Shown: positions 48,381 through 57,931 of the stretch, piece after piece
How the letters are laid out: each line of letters starts with the position of its first letter
Numbering within the stretch: position 1 is the stretch's first letter
Source: Candidatus Omnitrophota bacterium
GTDB lineage: Bacteria > Omnitrophota > Gorgyraeia > Gygaellales > Profunditerraquicolaceae
Reading direction: 5' to 3'
DNA length: 64,000 nt
Assembly (NCBI GenBank): GCA_022710715.1
Contig: JAKLGJ010000001.1
Coordinates: forward strand, 618,041 to 682,040
The notes under the pieces: generated by a model
What the model saw: the letters and a program-made list of their open reading frames with translations, nothing else
The model's database searches: none
Told to the model about the DNA's origin: nothing
Program-made: the position numbers and the translations under genes

Positions 48381-49346
48381 TCATTTCTGTAGAAGCACGG
48401 TCCGGATACCGCCCTTGTCGCACACACAGGTTTCCAGGTCCTGCAGCGAGACTGTCGTATATATCCCGCGGGTGCTGAAATCGGTTTTTATCACGGTTTC
48501 GGGGGTATACCCCATCGAACGCAGCACCGTCGTTTTCTCGTCGGATGAAGCGCAATAAACAGGTTTATACCCTAAAGCGAAAAGCCGCTGCAGTTGTTTG
48601 CGCATGTTATGGGAGGCATCGTTATACTTGCTGATGTGCGTCTCGAAAAGGATCATCGCTGAAAAACCGTCTTTGACCACCGCTTCGGCGATATTCTCGA
48701 AAACTTCGACTTCATGCCCCTCGATGTCCATGCGGATCAGATCGATCGAGCGCTTATCGACGATAAACGTACGGATATCCTCGGTTTTGACGGTGATCGA
48801 ACGATTCGTGCGATTCTTAGACTTGACCGCGCTGTTGGCGGAGCCGGGATGGAACGTGTTCAGGTTGGAGAGTTCCGAAAGGAAGAATTCCGCTTCTCCC
48901 ACTTTATTCGATATCGCCAGATTGAACGCCTGTACATTGGCCGCCTTGTTCAAAGCGATGTTCTTCTCCAGGATCGAGAAATTACCGGGAGAAGGCTCGA
49001 TGGCATAAACCATTCCCGTGGGACCGACCAGACCCGCCTCCATCATCACGTAGTATCCCAGATTAGCCCCGATATCCATCACGGTCATTCCGGGTTTAAG
49101 TATCTTCTGCAGTATATAGCGGTGTTCCATTTCCCGCTTCCCCAGAAGAACCAGGGTTTTGGAAATACCCCGGTCATCGAGATCCAGGAGCATGGAGTAA
49201 TCGAAAACCCGCCGTTGCATATACCGCCTGCGCAGGATATGTTTGGAGACCCCGTACCGGGCGGCCGAAAAGAGCATAGTCAGGCAATCCGCGAAGCCGT
49301 AACAGTCCATGGTGCTGCGCACAAAAGATAATTTACTCACGCACAA
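48381..49346 (-). CDS. FkbM-family methyltransferase
   Basis: VMDIGANLGYY...IRMDIEGHE is the FkbM signature. Confidence 0.8.
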   Translation of the reverse strand: MCVSKLSFVRSTMDCYGFADCLTMLFSAARYGVSKHILRRRYMQRRVFDYSMLLDLDDRGISKTLVLLGKREMEHRYILQKILKPGMTVMDIGANLGYYVMMEAGLVGPTGMVYAIEPSPGNFSILEKNIALNKAANVQAFNLAISNKVGEAEFFLSELSNLNTFHPGSANSAVKSKNRTNRSITVKTEDIRTFIVDKRSIDLIRMDIEGHEVEVFENIAEAVVKDGFSAMILFETHISKYNDASHNMRKQLQRLFALGYKPVYCASSDEKTTVLRSMGYTPETVIKTDFSTRGIYTTVSLQDLETCVCDKGGIRTVLLQK

Positions 49347-49362
49347 CTCCTTTCAGGTTCCT

Positions 49363-50520
49363 TTATTTTGAGATAACCGCTTCTTTGAATGAATGCCAGA
49401 CATAGTCGATCTCTTCGTTATTCAGCAGAGGATCAACGGGAATACTGATGACCTCGCTGCAGGCTTTTTCTGAAGCACCCAGCTCCTGCCAAACGGAACA
49501 GCGCCCCTGAAAAACCTTCATTTTATGCAAAGCTACGGGATAATACACTGCAGTGGCTATTCCGGCGGTTTTGAGCCTCTGGGCGACGTCATCCCTTTTA
49601 CCGTTCTCTATCCGGATGGTGTACTGATTATAAACATGTCCGGCCGGCGCCGATGAGCCCGGCAGACGCACTCCGGGAATACCGGAGAGCGTCCGGGCAT
49701 ACACCGCAGCCACAGCCCGCCTTTTGCGATTGAAATCGTCCAGGTACGCGAACCGGGCCTGGAGCACAGCCGCCTGCAGCGTATCCAGGCGGGAATTATA
49801 CCCGATGTGATCGACATTATATTTATCTCTTCCCCCGTGCTTGGTGAGCATACGCATCACTTCCGCCAGATGCGCATCCCCGGTCGCAACCATGCCGCCG
49901 TCGCCGAATCCGCCGAGATTTTTGCTGGGAAAAAAACTGAAAGCGCCGGCCGCGCCGATAGTGCCCAGCTGTTTACCCCGCCAGGTGCCTCCCAGCGACT
50001 GCGCCACGTCCTCTACCACGAATAACCCGTACTTTCCGGCCAGTTCCATGATCTCATCCATGTCCGCGGACTGCCCGAACAGATGCACCGGCAGGATACC
50101 GATGATCCGCTTGAAGGTGCCGGAGGCCAAACACTCCCGGACCTGCCGGGTGTCGATGTTGAACGTCTCCGGCACGATGTCCACGAATAACGGGGTGGCT
50201 CCCGAGCGCAGGATGGCGTCGCCGGTGGCGGTGAAAGTGAAGGGCGTGGTAATGATCAGATCCTCTTTCTCGAAATATTCTTTTTGTTTCAGGGTAATGG
50301 CCAGGGCCCGCAACGCCACCACCAGCGAATCCGTTCCGGAAGCGGTTCCCACGGCATGCGGCAGCCCCAGATAGTCCGCCATGGTTTTCTCGAAAGCGCC
50401 GACCCGGGGACCGAGTATCCAGTGCTGCTCTTCCAGAGCGGCAGCCAACGCCGCATCGATCTCTTTTTTCATCAGCAGGTACTGGCGTTTGAGATCAAGT
50501 AACGCAACGGATCGCTTCAT
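49363..50520 (-). CDS. DegT-family aminotransferase (WbpE-like UDP-3-oxo-sugar aminotransferase)
   Basis: [31 protein letters not shown]; 385 aa. Confidence 0.85.
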   Translation of the reverse strand: MKRSVALLDLKRQYLLMKKEIDAALAAALEEQHWILGPRVGAFEKTMADYLGLPHAVGTASGTDSLVVALRALAITLKQKEYFEKEDLIITTPFTFTATGDAILRSGATPLFVDIVPETFNIDTRQVRECLASGTFKRIIGILPVHLFGQSADMDEIMELAGKYGLFVVEDVAQSLGGTWRGKQLGTIGAAGAFSFFPSKNLGGFGDGGMVATGDAHLAEVMRMLTKHGGRDKYNVDHIGYNSRLDTLQAAVLQARFAYLDDFNRKRRAVAAVYARTLSGIPGVRLPGSSAPAGHVYNQYTIRIENGKRDDVAQRLKTAGIATAVYYPVALHKMKVFQGRCSVWQELGASEKACSEVISIPVDPLLNNEEIDYVWHSFKEAVISK

Positions 50521-51113
50521 CGGGACTCCTCGAGTTGAATGCCGGTTTTGTTTTTCAGGTATGTTTTTGAACAGCCATCGCAGACAGCCCTCTTGCCGTC
50601 CTTAAAATCGAGCGTTTTGCCGCACTCGCAGGCATACCCCTTGAAAACCGCGGGCACGCCGGCAACTATCGCGTGATCCGGCACGTCTTTCTTGACCACG
50701 GCGCCGGCACCGACCATGCAGAACCTTCCCAGCGTAACCCCGCAGACTATGGTCGCATTGGCCCCGATAGTCGCGCCTTTTTTCACCAGGGTAGGGAGAA
50801 ATTCATTCTTTCTCTCCACGAAAGCGCGCGGCGTGTACACATTGGTAAAAACGCAGGAAGGGCCGCAGAACACTCCCTCCTCCAGCGTCACCCCTTTATA
50901 CACAGACACATTATTCTGGATCTTGCAGCCGTCGCCGATAGCGACCTGCGGACCGATCATTACGTTCTGGCCAATGACGCAATTTTTTCCGATGACCGAA
51001 CCGGAAAGAACATGGGAAAAATGCCATATGCGGGTCCCTGCGCCGATCGTCGTTTCCGGGTCGATGCACGCGCTGGCGTGCGCGGTATATCCTGTTTTAT
51101 CCGTTGGTATCAT
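50517..51113 (-). CDS. Hexapeptide-repeat (left-handed beta-helix) amino-sugar N-acetyltransferase (WbpD/PglD-like) with C-terminal Cys4 tail
   Basis: Repeated [LIV]G-x4 hexapeptides ([41 protein letters not shown]); C-terminal CECG...CDGC. Confidence 0.85.
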   Translation of the reverse strand: MIPTDKTGYTAHASACIDPETTIGAGTRIWHFSHVLSGSVIGKNCVIGQNVMIGPQVAIGDGCKIQNNVSVYKGVTLEEGVFCGPSCVFTNVYTPRAFVERKNEFLPTLVKKGATIGANATIVCGVTLGRFCMVGAGAVVKKDVPDHAIVAGVPAVFKGYACECGKTLDFKDGKRAVCDGCSKTYLKNKTGIQLEESR

Positions 51114-52077
51114 TTGTAAGCCCTTTCTCGGCTGCTTCCAGCACGCGTAAAACCCTCATTCCTTCATGCCCGTCTGTGCGGGGCGTTGTCCGGGCAGCGA
51201 TACAAGATAAAAAATGTGCAAGCTCTTCCCGGAGCGGCTCTTTCTGCTCTATGGGCACTACCAGTCGCTGCGCCTTTCTGGCGACCGGCAATGTCCCGTT
51301 ATTCTGCCAGTCGATCACATGAGGGAACAGACAAAGTTTCTCCTCGCTCACGTCGTCAAACACCGCCATGGATTTCGAACCGACCACGATCAGTTTCTGT
51401 TCCTTGAAAGGATGCAGCCAGTTCACGAATATATGTCCTTTGATATTCCCGGGGAAGTCCAGAACGGTGATGGTGGAGTCATAGACGTCCCTGCCCAGGC
51501 AGCGCGCTCCGGTGCAGCTTACCTTGACCGGATCCTTGCCGATGAGCATGAGGATGACGGATATATCGTGCGGAGCGAAACTCCAGAGGATATTCTCCTC
51601 CGTCCGCAGCTTCCCGATATTCAAACGATTGGAATAGATATACTGGATATCCCCTAATTCTTTCTTCTCGATCAGTTCTTTGAGTTTGAGCACCGCAGGA
51701 TGATACTGCAGGATATGCCCGACCATCAGAATGCGGCCTTTCTGTTCTGCCATCATGACCAGTTCCTGCGCTTCGGCCACGCGCAGAGCAAGCGGTTTTT
51801 CCACGTACACATCCTTGCCGGCCTCAAGGCATCTTTTTGCCAATCGATAATGCTCCGCCGCCGGCGCGGCTATGGCTACCGCTTTGATCTCATTATTGCA
51901 GACAACAGCTTCGAAATCCGCAGTCACTGCGGTACCCGGATGTTTCTGGCGTATCGTTTCCAGCACCGCGTCAACAGGATCGCAGACGGTATGCAAAACT
52001 CCCAGATCGAAAAAATTGCGCGCCAGATTGATCCCCCAATAACCGCATCCCGCCAAGCCTACAGTTTTATCCGCCAT
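51097..52077 (-). CDS. Gfo/Idh/MocA-family oxidoreductase (WbpB-like UDP-sugar 3-dehydrogenase)
   Basis: True start [15 protein letters not shown] at 52077 with a GGAG RBS; EKPLAL signature. Confidence 0.8.
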   Translation of the reverse strand: MADKTVGLAGCGYWGINLARNFFDLGVLHTVCDPVDAVLETIRQKHPGTAVTADFEAVVCNNEIKAVAIAAPAAEHYRLAKRCLEAGKDVYVEKPLALRVAEAQELVMMAEQKGRILMVGHILQYHPAVLKLKELIEKKELGDIQYIYSNRLNIGKLRTEENILWSFAPHDISVILMLIGKDPVKVSCTGARCLGRDVYDSTITVLDFPGNIKGHIFVNWLHPFKEQKLIVVGSKSMAVFDDVSEEKLCLFPHVIDWQNNGTLPVARKAQRLVVPIEQKEPLREELAHFLSCIAARTTPRTDGHEGMRVLRVLEAAEKGLTNDTNG

Positions 52078-53842
52078 GGTTATTTCTCCAGATATCCAGA
52101 TACAACAAAGTATATAACAGATGCGAACGCTCACCTGAGCCCAAACAGCTGTGCAAAACCGCATCGAGTAATTCCCCACCCTGCAGAGCAGAAAGCGGAG
52201 CCTCCAGCCTTGCCCCATAATTCTGCCGCATAACCCTGATCCTCGCACTGTTTTCCCACATGGCAAGAAAATCCGGTTTATTCAACGCCGTCGCCGCAGC
52301 ATTGCCAAAATTCTCAGCGTGCGCGGGGAACATCAACCTGCGCGGAGGAAGATGTTTCAGGCAGATCAACCATTCGTTTATCGCGGGATGCGGAAAGATC
52401 GGCATCATCGTACAGGCCAGCGGAATGTTCCGGGTCGGACGGTAGAATCTGCGCATCGCCATATTGAAAAGCCGGCCGTTCAGTTTTATTTTCTGGTCGG
52501 CAAGAACAGCTACTTCTATGCTCGTCCGTTCGGTAAACATCTCGAACGACTGAAAATTATGTATATGCGTGGTCAGGTTCGGATTCATCTTATTGCGCAT
52601 GAACGGCCAGATATTGCTCCATTCCCAGGCCGAACCGTCAGTGCGCAGTTTGCCCCACTCCTGCTGAAGCTCCCGCCGACGGCCGGCCACCTGCTCCAGA
52701 AGCTCCGGTTTGATCAACCCTTCGAACCTGCGCAGGTACTGCCTGCCTCCGGCGAGCTTCGCCGGATCGGTACGATCGAGTTGCTTGACCGTTCCCAGAT
52801 GCCTGCCGAAGAAACGGATCACTCTGGCATTGGCTTCATGCAGTTTAAGCAGACTGTCCGACATATACCCGCCCAGCACCGCGTCAAACCCGAGATCAAG
52901 TATCTTCTGTTTGAACCCGACGAACCCGCCGCGCAGAAAGCTGAAATGCGGGCCTTCGCTCTCCATAAACAGCGGCAGCGACCGTTCGAAGTAATCGATG
53001 TCCCGGAAAAGGATCTCGTGTTTGAGCCCGGTGGCTTTAGCCACTTTCCGGGCGATCGCAAGCTCGGTATTCTCATCGTCGACAAAAGTAACTGCCGTCG
53101 CCTTGATCCCCAACTCGGCCAGTATACCGGCAAGAGCACGGGAATCCGTGCCGCCGCTCAAGAATAGCCCCACTGACGCGCGGCCGGCAAGTATCTCCTG
53201 GGCTTCCGCAAGTATCCCCCGCTCCAGCCGTTGCGCCAGGCCGCGAATATCCCGGGCGATCCGCCGGTCCGGACAGCTTACAGGCTGCCAGTAATTACCT
53301 ATCTCAATATTCCCGGTCGCAGTGTCAACAGTCAAACAGCTGGCATACGGACATTCCAGCAGCCCCTGATAAAACGAATACGGATAACTGATGCTCTTCT
53401 GGGTCAGATAATCCGCTATAGAAACCAGATCCAGCGTTGCCATGGCCAGAGAGCGGGCCAGCGCATCGATGTCGGTAGAAAAAGCAATCTTGGCCTTATT
53501 CCTGCCCTGAAACATCTGGTAGGAATTACCCAGATCGATGATCAGCCAGAGTTTGTTCTCCCGGGCAGACACGGCCGCCAGGCAGTAATTCCCCTTCAAA
53601 CGGCTGCCCCAGGAGCGGATATCCGGCTCTTTGAGCAGTTCCCGCAGCAGGCTGACCGAACGCTCGCTGCCCTGCGCGAGAATCGGTTCATCCCCTGCGT
53701 TGCCCTGACAGGGAGCATACAGCCGCGGCGCGCCATTGATATATACCGCAAGACCGTTTTTGGTCTTCACCGGCCCGTACCCCCGATAATGGTTGGCGCA
53801 GGCAACAACAACTTTACCCGACTCCAATTCTACCGTCAACAT
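52067..53842 (-). CDS. Asparagine-synthetase-like amidotransferase lacking the N-terminal Cys nucleophile (paralog 1)
   Basis: LFLSGGTDSRAL PP-loop and AsnB C-terminal domain. The N-terminal domain aligns to the glutaminase region but begins MLTVELESGK... with no MCG. Confidence 0.75.
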   Translation of the reverse strand: MLTVELESGKVVVACANHYRGYGPVKTKNGLAVYINGAPRLYAPCQGNAGDEPILAQGSERSVSLLRELLKEPDIRSWGSRLKGNYCLAAVSARENKLWLIIDLGNSYQMFQGRNKAKIAFSTDIDALARSLAMATLDLVSIADYLTQKSISYPYSFYQGLLECPYASCLTVDTATGNIEIGNYWQPVSCPDRRIARDIRGLAQRLERGILAEAQEILAGRASVGLFLSGGTDSRALAGILAELGIKATAVTFVDDENTELAIARKVAKATGLKHEILFRDIDYFERSLPLFMESEGPHFSFLRGGFVGFKQKILDLGFDAVLGGYMSDSLLKLHEANARVIRFFGRHLGTVKQLDRTDPAKLAGGRQYLRRFEGLIKPELLEQVAGRRRELQQEWGKLRTDGSAWEWSNIWPFMRNKMNPNLTTHIHNFQSFEMFTERTSIEVAVLADQKIKLNGRLFNMAMRRFYRPTRNIPLACTMMPIFPHPAINEWLICLKHLPPRRLMFPAHAENFGNAAATALNKPDFLAMWENSARIRVMRQNYGARLEAPLSALQGGELLDAVLHSCLGSGERSHLLYTLLYLDIWRNNHGG

Positions 53843-55650
53843 ATCGCCGCCTGATGCTGTGTTGCCGCCAAGTTGCGTGAACGCAGCCAGAAATCAAGAT
53901 ACAGCATGGTATACCGGATATGAAAACAATCCACTCTGCCAATCGCAGGATCGAGAATTTCGGCCAACGCGGGGCTGCCGGCAGCGCGCAGCTGCTTTTC
54001 CAGCGTATCCGGCGTATACGCTTTCCTTAACGACCGCATCCCCGGGCTGATCTCCCAGAGTTTTAAAAAATCCTGATTGCTGCGCTGCGTAGCCAGGGGA
54101 TTGGTGATCTTCTTATGCCCGATACGCCTTAGAGGCGCGGGAAGAAAGTGTTTCAAGCCGATAACGAATTCGTTAATCCGGTAATTTCCGTACAAAGGAA
54201 GCATGGTCACGGATAGAGGAATATCACGGAAAGGCTTGAGCAGCCCGAAAAACGCCCGGTTGAACAGCCTGCCGTTTAGTTTTATCTCCTGAGCTGCCAG
54301 CCTGGCGACCTCTGCCACATCGCGATGCGTGAATACCTCGAAAGAATCATACTGGCCGATATGCGTAGTCAGGTTGGAATTATGCTTGTTGCGCATGAAC
54401 GGCCAGATCCTGCTCCACTCCCAGGCAGATCCATCGGTCCGGATCTGCTTCCACTCTTCAAGTAATGCCTGCCGGCGCGCCGCCACTTCTTCAAGCAGTT
54501 CTTCGCGCAAGATTCCAGAAAAACGCTTCAGGTATTCCCTGCCTCCCGGGAAATGGGTTACATCGCGACGGTCGATATGCTCGAGCGTACCCAGATGGCG
54601 CCCCAACAGGTAGCTGCCGAATGAATTGGCTTCATGCAGTTTAAGCAGGGTATCAGACATATACCCGCCGATAAGCGCGTCAAATCCCCTGCGGGCGATC
54701 TCGTCACGAAAGCCAAAAAACGTGCAGCGGATGAAATTAAAATGCGGCCCTTCGGCTGCCAGGAATGCCGGCATGGCCCGGGGGTAATAATCCGCATCCC
54801 GGAATAACAGCTCGTGTTTGAAACCGGCTCTGCGGGCCACTTCCCCGGCCAGATCAACTTCGTTGTTGCGGTCGTCGCAAACAGTCAAAGCCGTGGCCTT
54901 GACGCCGCGCTGCACCAGCAGGGCAGCCAGGACCCGTGAATCCAGACCGCCGCTCAAGAACAACCCCACGGCATTCCTGCCGGCCAAAGCCTCATCGACC
55001 GAACGCTGCGCCGCAGCATACAGCCTCCGGGACAATCCTTCCATATCCCGGGAATCCTTCGACTCTTCGCCGCTGCGCGGCAGCCAGTACCGATATCTGG
55101 AGACCTCAGGTTTACTGCCTAATGCCACGCGGATACAGCAAGCAAAATCCGCCTCGGCAATGCCGCGATAGAACGTATACGGAAAGGCAATACTCTTCTG
55201 GATCAGATAATCGGTTACGGAAACCAGGTCAATCGCATCCTGCGTTCCCAGTTCAGCCGCTAAACGATCGATATCGGTGGAGAAAACCAGCCGATCCCCT
55301 TGAGCACCGGTAAACAGATGAAATGAATTCCCGATATCGGTTATCAAATTCACGCTGCCCGGCGATTCCACAGCGATCAGGAAATTCCCGCTCAAATGGT
55401 CGCCCCAGCGCGCGTAATCTGCAACCTTGAGCAATTCCCGCACGATAAGCCGCGAACGCTCGTTACCCGGCGCGGCAATGACCTCTGCGGATTGCATCCC
55501 CGCGCAGGGCACATAGAGCGACGGCGCCCCAAGCACATGGATGCGCAGCCCCGAATACGTTTCCACCGGGCCGTACCCCCGGTAATGATTGCGGCATTCG
55601 ATACGACAGGACCCGCCGTCAATAGAACAATGCAGTCTCATCCGGCGCAA
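53836..55650 (-). CDS. Asparagine-synthetase-like amidotransferase lacking the N-terminal Cys nucleophile (paralog 2, tandem duplicate)
   Basis: LFLSGGLDSRVL PP-loop; collinear with paralog 1 at the protein level, and about 80% nucleotide identity in an 85-nt block read by eye (for example 54361-54445 versus 52564-52648). Confidence 0.75.
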   Translation of the reverse strand: MRRMRLHCSIDGGSCRIECRNHYRGYGPVETYSGLRIHVLGAPSLYVPCAGMQSAEVIAAPGNERSRLIVRELLKVADYARWGDHLSGNFLIAVESPGSVNLITDIGNSFHLFTGAQGDRLVFSTDIDRLAAELGTQDAIDLVSVTDYLIQKSIAFPYTFYRGIAEADFACCIRVALGSKPEVSRYRYWLPRSGEESKDSRDMEGLSRRLYAAAQRSVDEALAGRNAVGLFLSGGLDSRVLAALLVQRGVKATALTVCDDRNNEVDLAGEVARRAGFKHELLFRDADYYPRAMPAFLAAEGPHFNFIRCTFFGFRDEIARRGFDALIGGYMSDTLLKLHEANSFGSYLLGRHLGTLEHIDRRDVTHFPGGREYLKRFSGILREELLEEVAARRQALLEEWKQIRTDGSAWEWSRIWPFMRNKHNSNLTTHIGQYDSFEVFTHRDVAEVARLAAQEIKLNGRLFNRAFFGLLKPFRDIPLSVTMLPLYGNYRINEFVIGLKHFLPAPLRRIGHKKITNPLATQRSNQDFLKLWEISPGMRSLRKAYTPDTLEKQLRAAGSPALAEILDPAIGRVDCFHIRYTMLYLDFWLRSRNLAATQHQAAIC

Positions 55651-56888
55651 ACCTCCTCAAGCAGGTTCAACTCGTACTCGATGCGTTGTTCCCATGTCGG
55701 GACAGCCTCAGCAGCCCAACGCAACGCTTTCCCGGAATATTCCTCTACCGTTGCTGCTGAATCCAAAAGCCGTTTCAGCGCGCCGGCAAGATCGGCGGCA
55801 GTATCCTTACGGGATACCCGTACGCAGGCGTCTGCGGGAATGATCCGTTCGGTATCCGCATCCACTCCGTCTTCGCCGCGGCCGAGCATGAGCGTGCAGC
55901 AGCCGGCAGCCATGGCTTCAAGCACGGTGTTATTGAGATTGCCCAGGCGGTTGAGGGAAACGAATATTTCATGCGACATATACGCTTCCATGATCCGGCT
56001 GTGCGCGACTTTCCCGGCAATATGCGCCAGGCCTTCCAGTCCCTGCCGGCGGATCTGATCCCGGATCAGTTCTTCGCTGCCCCCGTAACCTACTAAAGTC
56101 GCCTGGAAATCCCTGCGGCCCGCGGCGAGCATCCGCAATGCGACCAGCAATTCCTGCGTGCCTTTCTGGTCCTCGAAACGCGCGACAAAAAGAATGCGCA
56201 TCTGCCCGGGTGCAAATGCCCGGCGCGCGGGGACATCCGCCCTCTCCACTCCGTTGATCAGGTACTGTTTGCGCGCGCGCGGGTGCGCGAAACCTTCCAG
56301 CAGCGGGCGGATCGCCGACCCGTCGATGCTGGCAATAATGCAGGCAAAACGGGCGCGCATAGAGCCATAAAACAACGGATGCTTAAACCGATTCCAGCGG
56401 TTACGGAAGAACGGATAATAGATCGCCGCACCCATCATCCGCAAAGCCACCGAAAAACCGCAGAGCGTTAAAAAAGCCCCGGCCACTTGCGTAGCCCGCA
56501 CGCAGTACACCAGCGCAGGGCGCAGTTTCCAGGCTAGACGCACGCAATAAAAAAAATGTTTGATGTCGTTTAACAGGCAATCCAAACAGCCGATACCCGT
56601 AAAGCGGACAAACGGAAGCGCGACAAAACGCACGTGACGGAATCCGTCAACGCAAATCCCCAGCGGCTTACGGGCATGCTTGAATTGGCCCGGCTCGCCG
56701 CACACCAGCACTACCGTGGCCTCGATGGACTTTTTTTCCAGGCCTTCGATCAGCCTGCTGATGGTAGGAGACCCGTACGGAAGCCATCTGCCGTTTTCCA
56801 GCTCGCGCAAACCGCTGAAGAAGCGTAAAAGCAGAAGATAACGGCCCTGCCGGCCTGTCATCCCATCAATCTGCGAAACCGGTCGCAA
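55638..56888 (-). CDS. GT4-like glycosyltransferase
   Basis: C-terminal Glycos_transf_1-like region ILFVARFEDQKG...FVSLNRLGNLNNTVLEAMAAGCCTL. Confidence 0.65.
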   Translation of the reverse strand: MRPVSQIDGMTGRQGRYLLLLRFFSGLRELENGRWLPYGSPTISRLIEGLEKKSIEATVVLVCGEPGQFKHARKPLGICVDGFRHVRFVALPFVRFTGIGCLDCLLNDIKHFFYCVRLAWKLRPALVYCVRATQVAGAFLTLCGFSVALRMMGAAIYYPFFRNRWNRFKHPLFYGSMRARFACIIASIDGSAIRPLLEGFAHPRARKQYLINGVERADVPARRAFAPGQMRILFVARFEDQKGTQELLVALRMLAAGRRDFQATLVGYGGSEELIRDQIRRQGLEGLAHIAGKVAHSRIMEAYMSHEIFVSLNRLGNLNNTVLEAMAAGCCTLMLGRGEDGVDADTERIIPADACVRVSRKDTAADLAGALKRLLDSAATVEEYSGKALRWAAEAVPTWEQRIEYELNLLEEVCAG

Positions 56889-57931
56889 AATTCCTCCTTG
56901 CCGCTTCTGCTGGCCAGCACGCGTTTGTATTCGTTCTGGGCGTTACGCGCTATCCGGGCGGCGCCGGCAGGATCCCGCTCCACGCTGTCCATCTTTTCCT
57001 GAAAATCGCTGAAATCCCATTTAAAAGGGATATACATATCCTTCTGCCAGATATCCGGCCAGGTTTCCAGATGGCTCATATCCTGCTTGATCAAAGCCGC
57101 ACCGCTGATAGTCAGCTCGAAATCACGGTAGCAGACTTCTCCGTAACCGAACGGGCTCAACCCTGCGAGGGCGTGCTTGATTTCTTTGAGATATTCCGGC
57201 CTGGCGATCCGCTCAAGCGGAATCCGTCCGGCAAGCATCTGTTGGATGCGCTTGCGCGGAAAGGCCACGGTATCCTTGGAATAGGAGCCTCCCAGCCTGC
57301 AGGTAAATTTGAGCGGCCGGTCCGTACCGGGCGCCACCCAGCAATTCGAATAGAACCGGGGAAGAGCGTCGCAATAGAACAACAACCGGGCATACGCGCT
57401 GTTCAAGAAACCGTAATCGGACATCCCCAGATTCCAGCTCGCTTTGATCTTGCACAACTGGTCTTCCCGGGGAATACGGTTCAAATGCGGCGGATCCTGT
57501 TTGCTGTCGGCGATCCCGAAACGCGCATGGTAAAAATCCGTAAAGATGCGGGAACCGTAGTGCGGCCGCAGATACTGCCGTTTATCGCGTAAAACCTGGC
57601 ACTTCAGATAGGTATCCACGTACGGGAGCACGTCGAACTGGGTGGTGCCGCTGCTGTCCGACAGATCCATCCAGTACACCCTCTCGCAATACCGGCGGCA
57701 ATCCTGCAGGAAATGGAAGATCCGCCCCGGGTCAACGCCCCAGTCGTTCCTGAAGCGCCGGCTCATTACGCATACCGCGAAAGCGCCTTTCTTCAGCCGA
57801 TCAACGTCCCTGGCGTATTCAATGCGATAGCCGTCCCCGGCAAAATCGCGTTGATGATATTTGACCGGAAAAACAAAAGCCAGCTCGTTCCAGTTATATT
57901 CGCCGGTGCCCAGAATCACAATCCGCTTCAC
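56858..57931 (-). CDS. Hypothetical protein (no recognisable family)
   Basis: 357 aa, soluble. Strong in-operon spacing, overlapping both neighbours by a few nt. No motif I can name. Confidence 0.35.
   Translation of the reverse strand: MKRIVILGTGEYNWNELAFVFPVKYHQRDFAGDGYRIEYARDVDRLKKGAFAVCVMSRRFRNDWGVDPGRIFHFLQDCRRYCERVYWMDLSDSSGTTQFDVLPYVDTYLKCQVLRDKRQYLRPHYGSRIFTDFYHARFGIADSKQDPPHLNRIPREDQLCKIKASWNLGMSDYGFLNSAYARLLFYCDALPRFYSNCWVAPGTDRPLKFTCRLGGSYSKDTVAFPRKRIQQMLAGRIPLERIARPEYLKEIKHALAGLSPFGYGEVCYRDFELTISGAALIKQDMSHLETWPDIWQKDMYIPFKWDFSDFQEKMDSVERDPAGAARIARNAQNEYKRVLASRSGKEEFCDRFRRLMG

Noticed and set aside
51097-52266. Track's 389-aa version of the Gfo/Idh/MocA oxidoreductase with a Cys/Trp-rich N-terminal extension
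   Set aside because: The extension has no homology. The canonical [12 protein letters not shown] start at 52077, with RBS, is used.
52067-55650. Possibility that the Cys-less AsnB-like pair are lasso-peptide cyclases (C proteins)
   Set aside because: No transglutaminase-like B protease, RRE or short precursor ORF nearby. Neighbours are sugar oxidoreductase, aminotransferase, acetyltransferase and GT4 genes, so a glycan amidotransferase role is far more likely.
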